Assembly: GCA_017556745.1 (NCBI GenBank) | Contig: JAFYMF010000044.1 | Span: forward strand, 3,784 to 67,783 | Direction: 5' to 3' | Length of the DNA: 64,000 nt | DNA from: Clostridia bacterium | GTDB taxonomy: Bacteria; Bacillota; Clostridia; Oscillospirales; CAG-272 | Shown: positions 51,342 through 61,661 of the stretch, in pieces | Layout: every line of letters starts with the position of its first letter | Numbering within the stretch: the first letter of the stretch is position 1 | Program-made: the position numbers and the translations under genes | The notes under the pieces: model-generated | Told to the model about the DNA's origin: nothing | What the model saw: the letters and a program-made list of their open reading frames with translations, nothing else | The model's database searches: none

Positions 51342-52136
51342 TCACTTGTTATAATGAAGATCAGTACCTATAAAACCAACTTCCATAAACTCGTCATGGT
51401 TTCTTCTTACGATATAATCAACATAAGTCTCGATCATTCTAGCGAAAAGAAGATATCCTGCAGGATTCATATGACCGCCAAGGAAGAATTTCTTTCTGAA
51501 GTCAAGGTCAAATCTTGGTGCGTAGGTAAAAAGATCTATCAGATAACAGTTGTCAAAGACCTCACAAAGCTTCGCAAGAAGATCCCTGTGTTCTTTCTTT
51601 AGTTCATCTCTTTCGGTCTTATCATCCTTGGGCATCGTCACAAGAAACATCTTAGCCCTGGGTTGTATCTCCTTATAGCGACTTATAATTGCGGCGTACT
51701 GTCCTGCAAATGTATGCCGATTATTGTTACGGTAATCAGTCGGATCCACATCGTCAATTGTACCGACAGGTGTGTGATCATTAATAATATCATTTACACC
51801 AAGTGCAAAAAAATATGCATCCGAACAGTATTTCTTATCCCAGAATCCGCGATAGTCTGCGTAGCCTTTAAGATATTCCTCTGCAGACATACCGCCGCAG
51901 GAGAAATTATATACTTTACTTCCACAGTTTCTTCCGATATGTGAGATCCATGAATGCTCATACATATCGTGATAATTTTTGTTTCCGTTTTCATCTAAAG
52001 ACTCAAATTCTCCCGATGAGAGACTGTCTCCCACACAAGTAAAACTTCTGAATATAGCGCACATACCGCCGTCAGTCACCATATCGTCAAGGGGATTTCC
52101 GCTTTCAGCTCTATTTACATATTCTTCAATATTCAT
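51342..52136 (-). CDS. SGNH/GDSL hydrolase
   Basis: VGDSLSSG, ALGVND, GGHMNPAGY. Confidence 0.85.
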   Translation of the reverse strand: MNIEEYVNRAESGNPLDDMVTDGGMCAIFRSFTCVGDSLSSGEFESLDENGNKNYHDMYEHSWISHIGRNCGSKVYNFSCGGMSAEEYLKGYADYRGFWDKKYCSDAYFFALGVNDIINDHTPVGTIDDVDPTDYRNNNRHTFAGQYAAIISRYKEIQPRAKMFLVTMPKDDKTERDELKKEHRDLLAKLCEVFDNCYLIDLFTYAPRFDLDFRKKFFLGGHMNPAGYLLFARMIETYVDYIVRRNHDEFMEVGFIGTDLHYNK

Positions 52137-52152
52137 AACTAGTCTCCATTCT

Positions 52153-54204
52153 TTATTCAGCCTGAATAAGGTAATAAACGGTAGGACATTTCTCGCCGAG
52201 GGTGAAGCTAAACCAGCCGTCATCTTCATACTTAACGGGAACTGTGCCAAGGAATACTCCCTCAGCATTTACTGCCCAGATAATAAGGTTCTTTCTTGGA
52301 TTCTTTATTCTGATCTCAGCCTCAATAACCTCACAAATAATAGGTGCGGTACCAAAATCATCCATCTGCATAAACGGAGGAAGATCTTCTTCTGTCTGCT
52401 CAGGCGCAACCGACATCTTCATGTCGGTATTCTCCGCACGACCGACTGTGGTTATAAGGATAGAATCTGAATCTGCTATACCAAGCTCACTGTTAAGGGA
52501 GCTTGCCGCGATTACTGCATAATCGTTTTTGCAGGTGATCTCCATATCCTCGAGAGATATTTTTCCCTGAGAATCAAGGCGTCCGTATACACACTTTGTC
52601 ATCGAGGTATCGATGGTACCGTATTTTTTCTCCCAGCTTCTGTACATTTCACCTGTGTCAGAGGTTATCTCTCCAAGACTGAGGTCAACGAGAGGCACAT
52701 CATCAGGTACTGTATTCTCAAACTCACCGTAGTAATCAACACCGATCTGAGAAAGCTCTGTTGCGGCGATAAAGGCCTTCTTCTTAGGAAGAGAAATAGA
52801 CTCACCGGGTGCCTGATCATTATCCTGTTCAAGCTCAGACACACCTACAACTATCTTATTGTTCGCAGGACGAACATCACCGCGGCGGGTAATGAGAGAC
52901 GCGTGGTAGAAAAGGCCGAATTTGGCAGGATCATTCCAGGTAGAGAAAATACCCTCTCTGTAACCGACGTTACCGATTGTGTCTCCGCTTATCTCCTTAC
53001 CGAGAATATGCATATGCTCAAGATTAGAGGTGTAAGCATAAGTATGGATGGTATAACCGGCCCAGTTCTGAAGCTGTCCGAGAGCTGCCATAAGTACAGA
53101 ACTCTCCGCACGGTACATATTGGGGAATGTAAGATCCCATTCCGAGGTAAACATGGGCTTGCCGAAGCGGCGCATTCTGGCATTGCGCATAGCGCCCCAC
53201 TCAGGCTGCTCGTGAAGACTCAAGTCACGTGAGTAACGCTTACCGGGCCCCCAGTTCATAAAACGAACGTTAAGATGTGAATCGGCAAAATCACCTATAT
53301 GCTGAGCAGCCTTACACTGAACGTATTTCCATGAGAAGTTAGGACCGGTACAGGGAATCTTAACACCAAGCTCACGCATATAATCTATCATTCCGCCGTA
53401 GTATTTTTCCTGTACTTCTATCTTGTATTCAACAAGGGGCTCAACTCCGCGATCGTTAAGGTCGACTGAGTCAACATCAAGCTCAGGAGCATTTACACTG
53501 CACCACTCTCTGAACATTTCTCTGAACTCGGATGCATAAGGTTCAACCGCAATGGGGCTGCCAAAGCAACCGAAAAGGCAAACCTCGTTGACCACGTCGG
53601 TCAGAGCAAAAACCGGATCGTCTTTATACTTAAGACCGGTGTAGGGATTCTCGTGTTCCCAAAGAGTACGGATATATCCCTTTTGAAGCTCGATCAGCTT
53701 CTCGTCAAAGAGACAATAAGGAGCAGCTCTGTCACCGAGAGCAACAGAGTTGCGAACCCCGTCCGCCTCCTTAAACTTTCTGTATGTCATCATGTCAAGG
53801 TATACATATATACCTTCTTTTTTAAGACAATATATAAGATAATCTAGTCTGTCAAAGGACTCCGGATCATAAGTAGTAGTATCCTTCATACGACGGCCCT
53901 TGGTAAACTGATAAATATTGGGAGTTGCCCATTCAGAATCCATCTGATGAAGTCTTACTATATTACATCCGTATGCAGCAAGACGCTTTGCCAATTTTTC
54001 GGCGTATGGCTTTTCAGGGAAGTTTGCTCCGCCGTTAAGATTAGTACCCCAAAAACGCACCGGTGTACCATCTTCAAAACAAAATTCGTCACCGTTTACC
54101 TTAAGAAAACCGTGTTTACCGGCAGGCTTCTCATCTTCGAAAATATATGATATATCAAGAGGGGCCGAGTCGGGATACGCGGGAAAAGGAATATATTTTT
54201 TCAT
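52153..54204 (-). CDS. Clan GH-A (GH5-like) glycoside hydrolase
   Basis: RFWGTN, NIVRLH, NPYTG..YKDDP, VNE acid/base, TSEW nucleophile region. Confidence 0.75.
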   Translation of the reverse strand: MKKYIPFPAYPDSAPLDISYIFEDEKPAGKHGFLKVNGDEFCFEDGTPVRFWGTNLNGGANFPEKPYAEKLAKRLAAYGCNIVRLHQMDSEWATPNIYQFTKGRRMKDTTTYDPESFDRLDYLIYCLKKEGIYVYLDMMTYRKFKEADGVRNSVALGDRAAPYCLFDEKLIELQKGYIRTLWEHENPYTGLKYKDDPVFALTDVVNEVCLFGCFGSPIAVEPYASEFREMFREWCSVNAPELDVDSVDLNDRGVEPLVEYKIEVQEKYYGGMIDYMRELGVKIPCTGPNFSWKYVQCKAAQHIGDFADSHLNVRFMNWGPGKRYSRDLSLHEQPEWGAMRNARMRRFGKPMFTSEWDLTFPNMYRAESSVLMAALGQLQNWAGYTIHTYAYTSNLEHMHILGKEISGDTIGNVGYREGIFSTWNDPAKFGLFYHASLITRRGDVRPANNKIVVGVSELEQDNDQAPGESISLPKKKAFIAATELSQIGVDYYGEFENTVPDDVPLVDLSLGEITSDTGEMYRSWEKKYGTIDTSMTKCVYGRLDSQGKISLEDMEITCKNDYAVIAASSLNSELGIADSDSILITTVGRAENTDMKMSVAPEQTEEDLPPFMQMDDFGTAPIICEVIEAEIRIKNPRKNLIIWAVNAEGVFLGTVPVKYEDDGWFSFTLGEKCPTVYYLIQAE

Positions 54205-54439
54205 CTCTCTGTGCCTTGTCCTTTATGCTTGATGATATAATTTTACCACAACTCATATCTAAAATCAATCTACTTTTAATATATCAACTATCAATCCAAA
54301 AAATATTTCATCATACATGTCATAAATATTCACTCTCCATATATACAACAAAACACCGAGGTATCCACATGAATACCTCGGTATCTTCATATTATTCGGT
54401 TCTCTAGTGCGAAGGGGATGCAGATGTAATTCTTCTTAA

Positions 54440-55201
54440 TTACTTGCAGCCCATTGCCTTGAGATTGTTATAGCTTCTTCTCAGACAATCGAAAGGATCA
54501 TCGTCGTAGCAATTATCCTGCTCAACAAGCATATAGTCAGTACCTGCAGCCTCTGCCGCGAGAAGAATAGATTCAAAATCAAGGTTACCCTCACCAACGG
54601 GAGCCATTCTTGTCTCTCTGCCGTAAGGAATAAGATCCTTGAGATGGATACAGGGACAACGTCCGGAGAACTTCTTGATCCACTCTGCGGGGTTACCTCC
54701 ACCAACCTGAACCCAATATGTATCAACAGTAAAACCAAGCTCGTTCGGTGCAAAATCCTCAGAGAGACACTGGAAATATGTTTTGCCTTCCTTGTTCTTC
54801 ATAAACTCATTGTTGTGGTTGTGATACATAAGGTATCCGCCGTTTGCCGCGATAGTCTTGGCAGGCTGAAGGAAATTCTCAACAAACTTCTCATAGCTTC
54901 CCTCTTCTTCGAGAGCGTAGGGCATCATACCGATACCTATATACTTACAGTCAAACTTCTTGTGATCGGCAACAACCGCTTCAGTCTCGGTTCTGATCTT
55001 CTCGGGGTTAATGTGAGTGATAACACAGCGAAGGCCGTTAGCCTTAAGCTGCTCGTCAAGCCATTCGGGCTCGTATGCACATACGCCGGATGCCTGAATG
55101 GTAGTATAACCGATATCTGCTATCTTCTTCAGTGTTTCACTGAAATCCTCAAGATTTGTTGCGAACTTACGCACTGTAAAAAGCTGTGCTCCTAATACCA
55201 T
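54440..55201 (-). CDS. Sugar phosphate isomerase/epimerase (xylose isomerase-like TIM barrel)
   Basis: GAQLFTVR, YHNH..EF, DTYW, HLKD, VEQD. Confidence 0.88.
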   Translation of the reverse strand: MVLGAQLFTVRKFATNLEDFSETLKKIADIGYTTIQASGVCAYEPEWLDEQLKANGLRCVITHINPEKIRTETEAVVADHKKFDCKYIGIGMMPYALEEEGSYEKFVENFLQPAKTIAANGGYLMYHNHNNEFMKNKEGKTYFQCLSEDFAPNELGFTVDTYWVQVGGGNPAEWIKKFSGRCPCIHLKDLIPYGRETRMAPVGEGNLDFESILLAAEAAGTDYMLVEQDNCYDDDPFDCLRRSYNNLKAMGCK

Positions 55202-55362
55202 GGTATTTTCCTTTCTGCGGTTTCAAACCGATTCTAAAAATTTCATTTACTCCATTATAGTTTACGAATGTACATAAATCAATTGCATTTTCAAGCGCAA
55301 TATATTGCAAATAAAAGCATTGTGTATTATAATATATATATTAACTGCAAAGGACATATTAT

Positions 55363-56190
55363 ATGCAAACACTTTACTCATATAAGAATGAGGGTATTGA
55401 GATCGCCCACAGAATAACATCCCACCTTACACAAAGAGACACAAAATATCATTCTCATAATAACCTGTACGAAGTCTTCTGTTTTGTGGATGGAGAGGCA
55501 GAATATATCGTCGAGGACAGTGTTTATCCCCTGAAACCCGGATATCTGCTGATAATGCGCCCCGGCGAAAGACACAAGATAAAAATTCATACAGAAAAAG
55601 GTTATGAAAGATTCTTCATCAACTTTTCGGAAAATATACTTTCTTCATATAATCTGGAAAAGCACTTTTTATTTCCTTTTACCGACCGTAATATAGGAAA
55701 GAAAAATTTATATTTTCCAACCGAATTTCCACAGTTTACTCCTAAAGATATTTTCAGCAGAATGTGCCTTTACAGTGACTGTTCACAAGAAAAACGGATC
55801 TCTGCATATCTCTATATTCTGCTCGAGGGAATATACAATGCTTTCATAGGAAAAAGGCATTCCGATGAAAGTACTCATTACACTGCGGAAAGAATGATAA
55901 TGTACATAAGCGAACACCTTTCCGAAGATCTCTCCCTCGCCTCACTCAGTGAAAAGTTTTTTCTCAGTCCATCACAGATAAATAGAATATTCAAGAAGAG
56001 CGCAGGAGTCCCGATTGGTGAATATATTCTAACCAAACGTCTAACCGCCGCAGAGGATCTTCTACGTAACGGAACCTCCGCCCTTGATGCTTGTCAGAAA
56101 TGCGGGTTCAGAGACTACTCTGCTTTCTACCGATCGTATCGTAAGCGAGTGGGAAGGTGCCCACGTGACGATATGACTGATATCATTTAA
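55363..56190 (+). CDS. AraC-family regulator with cupin sensor domain
   Basis: HSH..YEV, PGERH; LS..FFLSPS..R.FKK, CGFRDYSAFYR; divergent from the epimerase. Confidence 0.9.
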   Translation: MQTLYSYKNEGIEIAHRITSHLTQRDTKYHSHNNLYEVFCFVDGEAEYIVEDSVYPLKPGYLLIMRPGERHKIKIHTEKGYERFFINFSENILSSYNLEKHFLFPFTDRNIGKKNLYFPTEFPQFTPKDIFSRMCLYSDCSQEKRISAYLYILLEGIYNAFIGKRHSDESTHYTAERMIMYISEHLSEDLSLASLSEKFFLSPSQINRIFKKSAGVPIGEYILTKRLTAAEDLLRNGTSALDACQKCGFRDYSAFYRSYRKRVGRCPRDDMTDII

Positions 56191-56287
56191 TAACAAAACT
56201 GATTACATCATCTCATAAACCAATATATTTTATTTATAAAAGCCAAAATTGCCGTTTGCGATTTGCAAACGGCAATTTTTCATATAT

Positions 56288-59212
56288 TTAAATATACATT
56301 CTGCTGATTATCATCATTGGAAGATACCAGAGAAGCTGATAAAGACCGGAGAATACCGATGTCATATTTGAACCGTTTCCGGTAATGATTATGAGAGAAG
56401 ATATAATCGCACCGAGAAGAGCGGATATTATCTTGACTGCCGTATTCGTACCGATAACATGACGAACCTTGTCACAAAGGAGTATAGAAGTGAGGAGTGA
56501 ACGTGCACCGCCTCTTGCTATTATTCCGCTGTTAACATGAGCCTCTTCCTCGGGAACAGCCTTCTTAACGTTTCTTCTGATAACCTTAACAGGATATCGG
56601 TTCTGAGGCATCTTACTCTTAAGCATCTCTTCTGTGATGTTCGGGTCTGTTGAATTAACTGCAAGACAAATTCCTGCACCGTCAAGTTCTGTAGCTATAT
56701 CATCAAAATCATGCTCAAGTGCATAACTGATATATATTTTTGCTGCTGCGGACTTTTCGGTAGCAAGATACATCACGCTGATACTATCATCATCGTAAAG
56801 ACCGATTTCTGCCTTTTCCTCGGGAATCACAATTCCGTGAGATTCAATATATTCACGGGAGCCGGCATAGAAAACCTCACCGTCAACTTTTGATTTGATA
56901 CCAAAATCTGCAATTTCCTCATATTCCACATTATCGGAATGTCCAAGCTCACCTGCAGCAACTCTGAATACATCACCAAGGAGACCGCCGAGACCATTGA
57001 AAATACTTGCAGTATTATAGATAACCTTGTCTATACGGTTGTCGCCGTACATCTTGACACTGCGTACCTTTACACCGTAACGGTCAAATACCTCATCATC
57101 ATCAAATGCAATAATCGCGGTAGATGCAAATTCGTCAAGTGCATCTTCGCCGATAATAGCACCGTCGTTTACGTACGCCGCTCTCTCTGCACGGTAGAAA
57201 GGAACACTGTACGCATAAAGGATAGTTGCAGGAACACAGAACATAAAGGTTGAAACGCAACCTGACAGTGCACTTACCCAACTTCCGTCTTTAACAACAG
57301 AAATGATCATCATTATTGCCGCCGCAACAAAAGGAATGAGTATACCTATTATTACACGATTACCGTAGTAAGGTTCTCTTTCGCTACGAGAAACAAATCC
57401 ATCGACAAAAGAAACCTTTTCAAGATCCGCAACAGTTGAATACTCGTCGATATACTCGCTGAATACGCTTCTTTCAGCAACCATATCCTCCTCGGATTTG
57501 AGGGTAAGCGCATATTTCATCTTCTTAGCAGAAACTATATTAAAACTGAGTATCTCTCTACGAAGATTAAAGAACTCATAGAAGGATGTAAGCACTGCAA
57601 TAAGCGCTACAGGAAATCCCATGAGATGAGCACCGTCTGAAACTCTGAATACACAAAGCACGATAGTATAAAGCAAAGCCACAATTCCTGCTGCAGACAG
57701 CAAACTGTCCGGGGTAGGTCTAAGTGAGAATAGTCGACCGAGTCCGGGGAAGAAATTGCGGTACATTACGGCAATTACAAAGAGCAAAAGCTGAAGCTCT
57801 ACCATATAGTACACTATAGGGTACACAGAAACATTGAAAGGTCCGGAAAGTTCAATTCCAAAAAGAGAAATATTCTCAAACAGGAAAAGTCCAACCGCGA
57901 GTATAAAGGTTGCTATCATCTTAAAGATTATTCCGGAATATGCTTTTCTGTAATCATCCTGGATCTCTCTGTTCTGAGAGGAATGTACATACTCAGTAAA
58001 TCTCACCTCATCTGCGGAAGGAGCGGAAATTCGTCTTGCTTCATCGCTCTTACGTTCCATACGCTGCGAAAGCTTTGAAACTGCATCTATACCTACGGTT
58101 TTAGCAAGCTCATCTTCAAGGCCGAGAGCAAGCATCAGATTTATATCTGTTTCATCAAATGTGTCGCTCTCCGCCCGCTGAATGTTACTCTCTATTCCTG
58201 CACCGGTATATTCTTCTGTAGCAGGTGTCTCCTCGACAGCAGGTTCATCAATAGGAGCGGAAGCCTGTGAGGAAGAGAGCATTTTTATATATTCAGCAAT
58301 CGCCTCATCGGTAGTCAGCTCTCTATCTGCCTCTTCGGTCCCTTCAGCCTCTTCAAGTACTTGAACCTCTTCAACAACTTGAGCTTCTTCTACATTCTCA
58401 GCCTCAACAATCTGCTCATCATCTATTATAACAGTTTCCGCCTCTTCAAAAGCAGTATCCTCAAGAGCCCCCTCTTCGATCACGTCCGAAGCATATTCCT
58501 CTTCTTCAGAATATGCTTCATCTGCTTCATCGAAAACAAGTTCTTCATCTTCAGAATCAATGATTTCTTCTTCCTCGGTCACTTCATCTTCATTGGTAGC
58601 CAAGGAAAAATCACCTGTCATCTCAAGCTCATCAAAGGAAATATTTCCGTCAATCTGCTCAGGCTCAGGAATGATTTCTTCTGCATAATCTGTCAGCTCA
58701 TCATCTATGAACTCTTCAGAAACCTCAGGCTCCGCAGACTCACTTGAAGGCATATCATACTCTTCGACCTGAGTTTCCTCTGCTGCTGAAATCTCCGTTT
58801 CATCGACTATCACTGTAGGTTCGGACACCTCGGGAGACAACTCCTCGGGTATACTCTTACAGATAAGCTCTACACCGTTTCTGACATGTGATTTAATTTT
58901 AAATCTCATGCTTCGCACAGGAGCAGGAGAATCGTCAAGATCACTGTATTCATCAGTTTCGGCATCGGCATCAATGTTATCATAAGCAGGAGTATCCATT
59001 ACCGGAATATCTTCAGTTTCGAATACCTCGCCTTCAGAGATATACTTTTTGAGTAATGCCTCGATCTCGGGATCATTATCCACAACAGATGAAGATTCTG
59101 CAGTCTCGGAAGAACCTACTTCTGACAATCCTCGAAGAAGCTCATCAATAGACATATCGTCATTCTTATCATAAGAATTATCCTTCATTCTGCTGTTATC
59201 TTTCTTTTTCAT
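56288..59212 (-). CDS. Large membrane protein: acidic N-terminus + degenerate P1B-ATPase-like body
   Basis: ~400 aa D/E-rich region, about eight TM segments, GAIIGEDALDEF..IIAFDDDEVF where P-ATPases have DKTGT. Confidence 0.6.
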   Translation of the reverse strand: MKKKDNSRMKDNSYDKNDDMSIDELLRGLSEVGSSETAESSSVVDNDPEIEALLKKYISEGEVFETEDIPVMDTPAYDNIDADAETDEYSDLDDSPAPVRSMRFKIKSHVRNGVELICKSIPEELSPEVSEPTVIVDETEISAAEETQVEEYDMPSSESAEPEVSEEFIDDELTDYAEEIIPEPEQIDGNISFDELEMTGDFSLATNEDEVTEEEEIIDSEDEELVFDEADEAYSEEEEYASDVIEEGALEDTAFEEAETVIIDDEQIVEAENVEEAQVVEEVQVLEEAEGTEEADRELTTDEAIAEYIKMLSSSQASAPIDEPAVEETPATEEYTGAGIESNIQRAESDTFDETDINLMLALGLEDELAKTVGIDAVSKLSQRMERKSDEARRISAPSADEVRFTEYVHSSQNREIQDDYRKAYSGIIFKMIATFILAVGLFLFENISLFGIELSGPFNVSVYPIVYYMVELQLLLFVIAVMYRNFFPGLGRLFSLRPTPDSLLSAAGIVALLYTIVLCVFRVSDGAHLMGFPVALIAVLTSFYEFFNLRREILSFNIVSAKKMKYALTLKSEEDMVAERSVFSEYIDEYSTVADLEKVSFVDGFVSRSEREPYYGNRVIIGILIPFVAAAIMMIISVVKDGSWVSALSGCVSTFMFCVPATILYAYSVPFYRAERAAYVNDGAIIGEDALDEFASTAIIAFDDDEVFDRYGVKVRSVKMYGDNRIDKVIYNTASIFNGLGGLLGDVFRVAAGELGHSDNVEYEEIADFGIKSKVDGEVFYAGSREYIESHGIVIPEEKAEIGLYDDDSISVMYLATEKSAAAKIYISYALEHDFDDIATELDGAGICLAVNSTDPNITEEMLKSKMPQNRYPVKVIRRNVKKAVPEEEAHVNSGIIARGGARSLLTSILLCDKVRHVIGTNTAVKIISALLGAIISSLIIITGNGSNMTSVFSGLYQLLWYLPMMIISRMYI

Positions 59213-59274
59213 TTAGATTAAGCGCCGCGATAACGCGGTTTTCCTCCATCAAAAGATATTTAACAATCGTAAGT

Positions 59275-60351
59275 TTACTTCTTGGTTCTGTGTCGACGTG
59301 CAGCTTCACACAGAAGCACAGATGCGGCCGTTGACACATTAAGCGAATTTACCTTTCCATACATGGGAATTGAAACAATAAAATCGCACTTTTTCTTTAC
59401 ATTATCCTGTATTCCGTTACCCTCACTGCCAAAAATAATAGCGGCAGGACCGGAAAAATCGGTATCATAATACGGGGCACCGTCAGCCTCAGCGGCATAT
59501 GTCCAAATACCTTTCTTTTTAAGATCTTCAACTGTAGCTGAGATATTTGAAACCTTAGCAATTGCAAGATGCTCAACCGCACCTGCGGATGCCTTGCTTA
59601 CCACAGGGGTAAGACCGACTGCACGACGTTTTGGAATAATAAGTCCGTGTGCACCCGCGCCTTCGGCACATCTGATAAGTGCACCCAAGTTATAGGGATC
59701 AACGATTCCGTCTGCTATTGCTATCAGCGGTGTCTCCCCTCTGTCTTTAGCTATCTTAAGTATGTCGTCAACAGAGACATATTCCTTCTCGGCAGCCATA
59801 GCGATAACACCCTGGTGAGGAGCGTTACCTGAAAGTACATCAAGCTTATTTTTATCTGCCTCAACAACAGGAATACCACGGCTTACAGCTTCTGCTACAA
59901 GAACTACGATAGAACCCTCTCTGTCGCCTCGTCTGACCAAAAGCTTATCTATCGCTCTATTTGATTTTAAAAGCTCTCTCACGGCATTTCTGCCAACTAC
60001 TATACCACTTTCCTCTGCTTTGGAAAATCTCTTATTCTCCTGAATTTCGTAACCGGTAACAACATCATCAGTATCGAAATGTGGGGTATAGTCATTGTGA
60101 TATGACCTTATATCATTATCCTCAGTAAAGTCACGGCGGTCACGTTTGTAACCACGGTTTTTCTGCACCTTGTTCTCCGCCGTATCGAATGTCTGCTTTT
60201 TTTCTGATTTTGGCTTTATATCAGAACTTTTTTCAGCCTTTCCTCGCAGAGACTGAGCATTCTTATTCTGCTTAAAATTTCTTCCGTCCTTGTGACGGCC
60301 TCGTCCCTTTCCATCACCGAAATGGGACTTCTTCTTTTCTGTTGTTTCCAT
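59275..60351 (-). CDS. rlmB: 23S rRNA Gm2251 methyltransferase with long charged N-terminal extension
   Basis: GRNAV.E, HQGV, DPYNLGALIR, KASAGA, GSEGNG, IPM.G.VNSLNVS. Confidence 0.92.
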   Translation of the reverse strand: METTEKKKSHFGDGKGRGRHKDGRNFKQNKNAQSLRGKAEKSSDIKPKSEKKQTFDTAENKVQKNRGYKRDRRDFTEDNDIRSYHNDYTPHFDTDDVVTGYEIQENKRFSKAEESGIVVGRNAVRELLKSNRAIDKLLVRRGDREGSIVVLVAEAVSRGIPVVEADKNKLDVLSGNAPHQGVIAMAAEKEYVSVDDILKIAKDRGETPLIAIADGIVDPYNLGALIRCAEGAGAHGLIIPKRRAVGLTPVVSKASAGAVEHLAIAKVSNISATVEDLKKKGIWTYAAEADGAPYYDTDFSGPAAIIFGSEGNGIQDNVKKKCDFIVSIPMYGKVNSLNVSTAASVLLCEAARRHRTKK

Positions 60352-60587
60352 AAATAATACTGTCCTTTATCGTTTGCGGCACATTGCCGCCGTAAGTGTT
60401 TATTCTTCTGGTAATTATATTATAACTTATTTTATATTATATCACAAGCTTCTTTATTTGTATATAATAAACTCAAAAAATTCAAAAATTATTGACACAA
60501 TTGAAGATAAAATTTAATAAAAAACGGCGCATACGTCACCGAAATGGAAACGTATGCGCCGAATTTATACCTGTAATTTACAATTTA

Positions 60588-61559
60588 TTATGCCCAAGAC
60601 ATGCCGGAGGGCTTAGGCTCAGTCATAAGTATGGGCTTAAGGAAATCAATAGCCTTGCCAAGACCTTCCATAGTGGTCATAAGGCTGTCCTCATGCTCGA
60701 TACTCATAACCTTGTCATAACCTACGAGACGAAGGTTGCTGACAATGTCACGCCAGTAAGACTCGTTATTACCGTAACCGATAGCACGGAATACCCAAGA
60801 ACGATGGATCTCATCACCGTAGTGCTTGGTGTCGAGAACGCCGTTCTTCGCAGTGTTGTAATGGTCGATCTTAGTATCCTTTGCGTGGAAGTGATAGATA
60901 GCACCCTCAAGCTCACGAATAACAGCAACAGGATCCATACCCTGCCAGATAAGGTGAGAAGGATCGAAGTTAGCGCCGATATTGTCACCAACAGCTGCAC
61001 GGAGTCTGAGAAGAGTCTCTGCATTGTATACACAGAAGCCGGGATGCATCTCAAATGCGATCTTGGTTACACCGTGAGCCTTTGCAAATGCAGCAGTCTC
61101 CTTCCAGTAAGGAATAAGAACCTGATTCCACTGGTAATCAAGGATAGCGAGGTAATCCTCGGGCCAAGGGCAGGTTGCCCAGTTGGGAGTCTTATCCTCA
61201 GGGCTTCCGCCGGGACAACCGGAGAAGCAAACGATAGTGTCGATACCAAGCTTCTCAGCAAGAAGACAACCGTCGATGAAATCATCGTGAAAGCTCTTTG
61301 CAATAGCCTTGTCAGGATGTACGGGGTTACCGTGGCAACCGAGAGCAGCGATCTGAACCTCGTTCTTTGCGAAGGTAGCCTTGAACTCCTCAAGCTTCTT
61401 CTCATCAGCGAGAAGCTCCTGAGTGTTGCAAAGGCTCTTGCCGGGGTATCCGCCGCAGCCAATTTCTACAAAATCAAAGCCAAGACCTTTAACGAGCTTG
61501 AGAGTCTCGTCAAGAGTCTTGTCGCCAAAAAGGTTGGCGAGTGCAATACACAAATTCAT
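60588..61559 (-). CDS. Sugar phosphate isomerase/epimerase
   Basis: VEIGCGGYPG, CHGNPVHP, FSGCPG, EMHPGF, NFDPSH, HAKD, SIEHED. Confidence 0.9.
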   Translation of the reverse strand: MNLCIALANLFGDKTLDETLKLVKGLGFDFVEIGCGGYPGKSLCNTQELLADEKKLEEFKATFAKNEVQIAALGCHGNPVHPDKAIAKSFHDDFIDGCLLAEKLGIDTIVCFSGCPGGSPEDKTPNWATCPWPEDYLAILDYQWNQVLIPYWKETAAFAKAHGVTKIAFEMHPGFCVYNAETLLRLRAAVGDNIGANFDPSHLIWQGMDPVAVIRELEGAIYHFHAKDTKIDHYNTAKNGVLDTKHYGDEIHRSWVFRAIGYGNNESYWRDIVSNLRLVGYDKVMSIEHEDSLMTTMEGLGKAIDFLKPILMTEPKPSGMSWA

Positions 61560-61661
61560 AATATATACCTCTTTAATAAAATTCGAAAAGCAAACAGGGG
61601 TTGCCGCGTTGCCATAACGGCTACTCGGCAACTCCCGGTTTTAAATGTTTAACTAACGAAA

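Noticed and set aside
61597-61640. GC-rich hairpin between the Gfo/Idh/MocA and epimerase genes as an ncRNA
   Set aside because: Single short hairpin; more simply an mRNA stability or attenuation element
60492-61652. 386-aa plus-strand ORF (likewise 25040-25792, 62130-62798, 13630-14268, 7107-7811, 33355-34017)
   Set aside because: Antisense shadows of well-supported genes, explained by codon bias; no recognisable motifs
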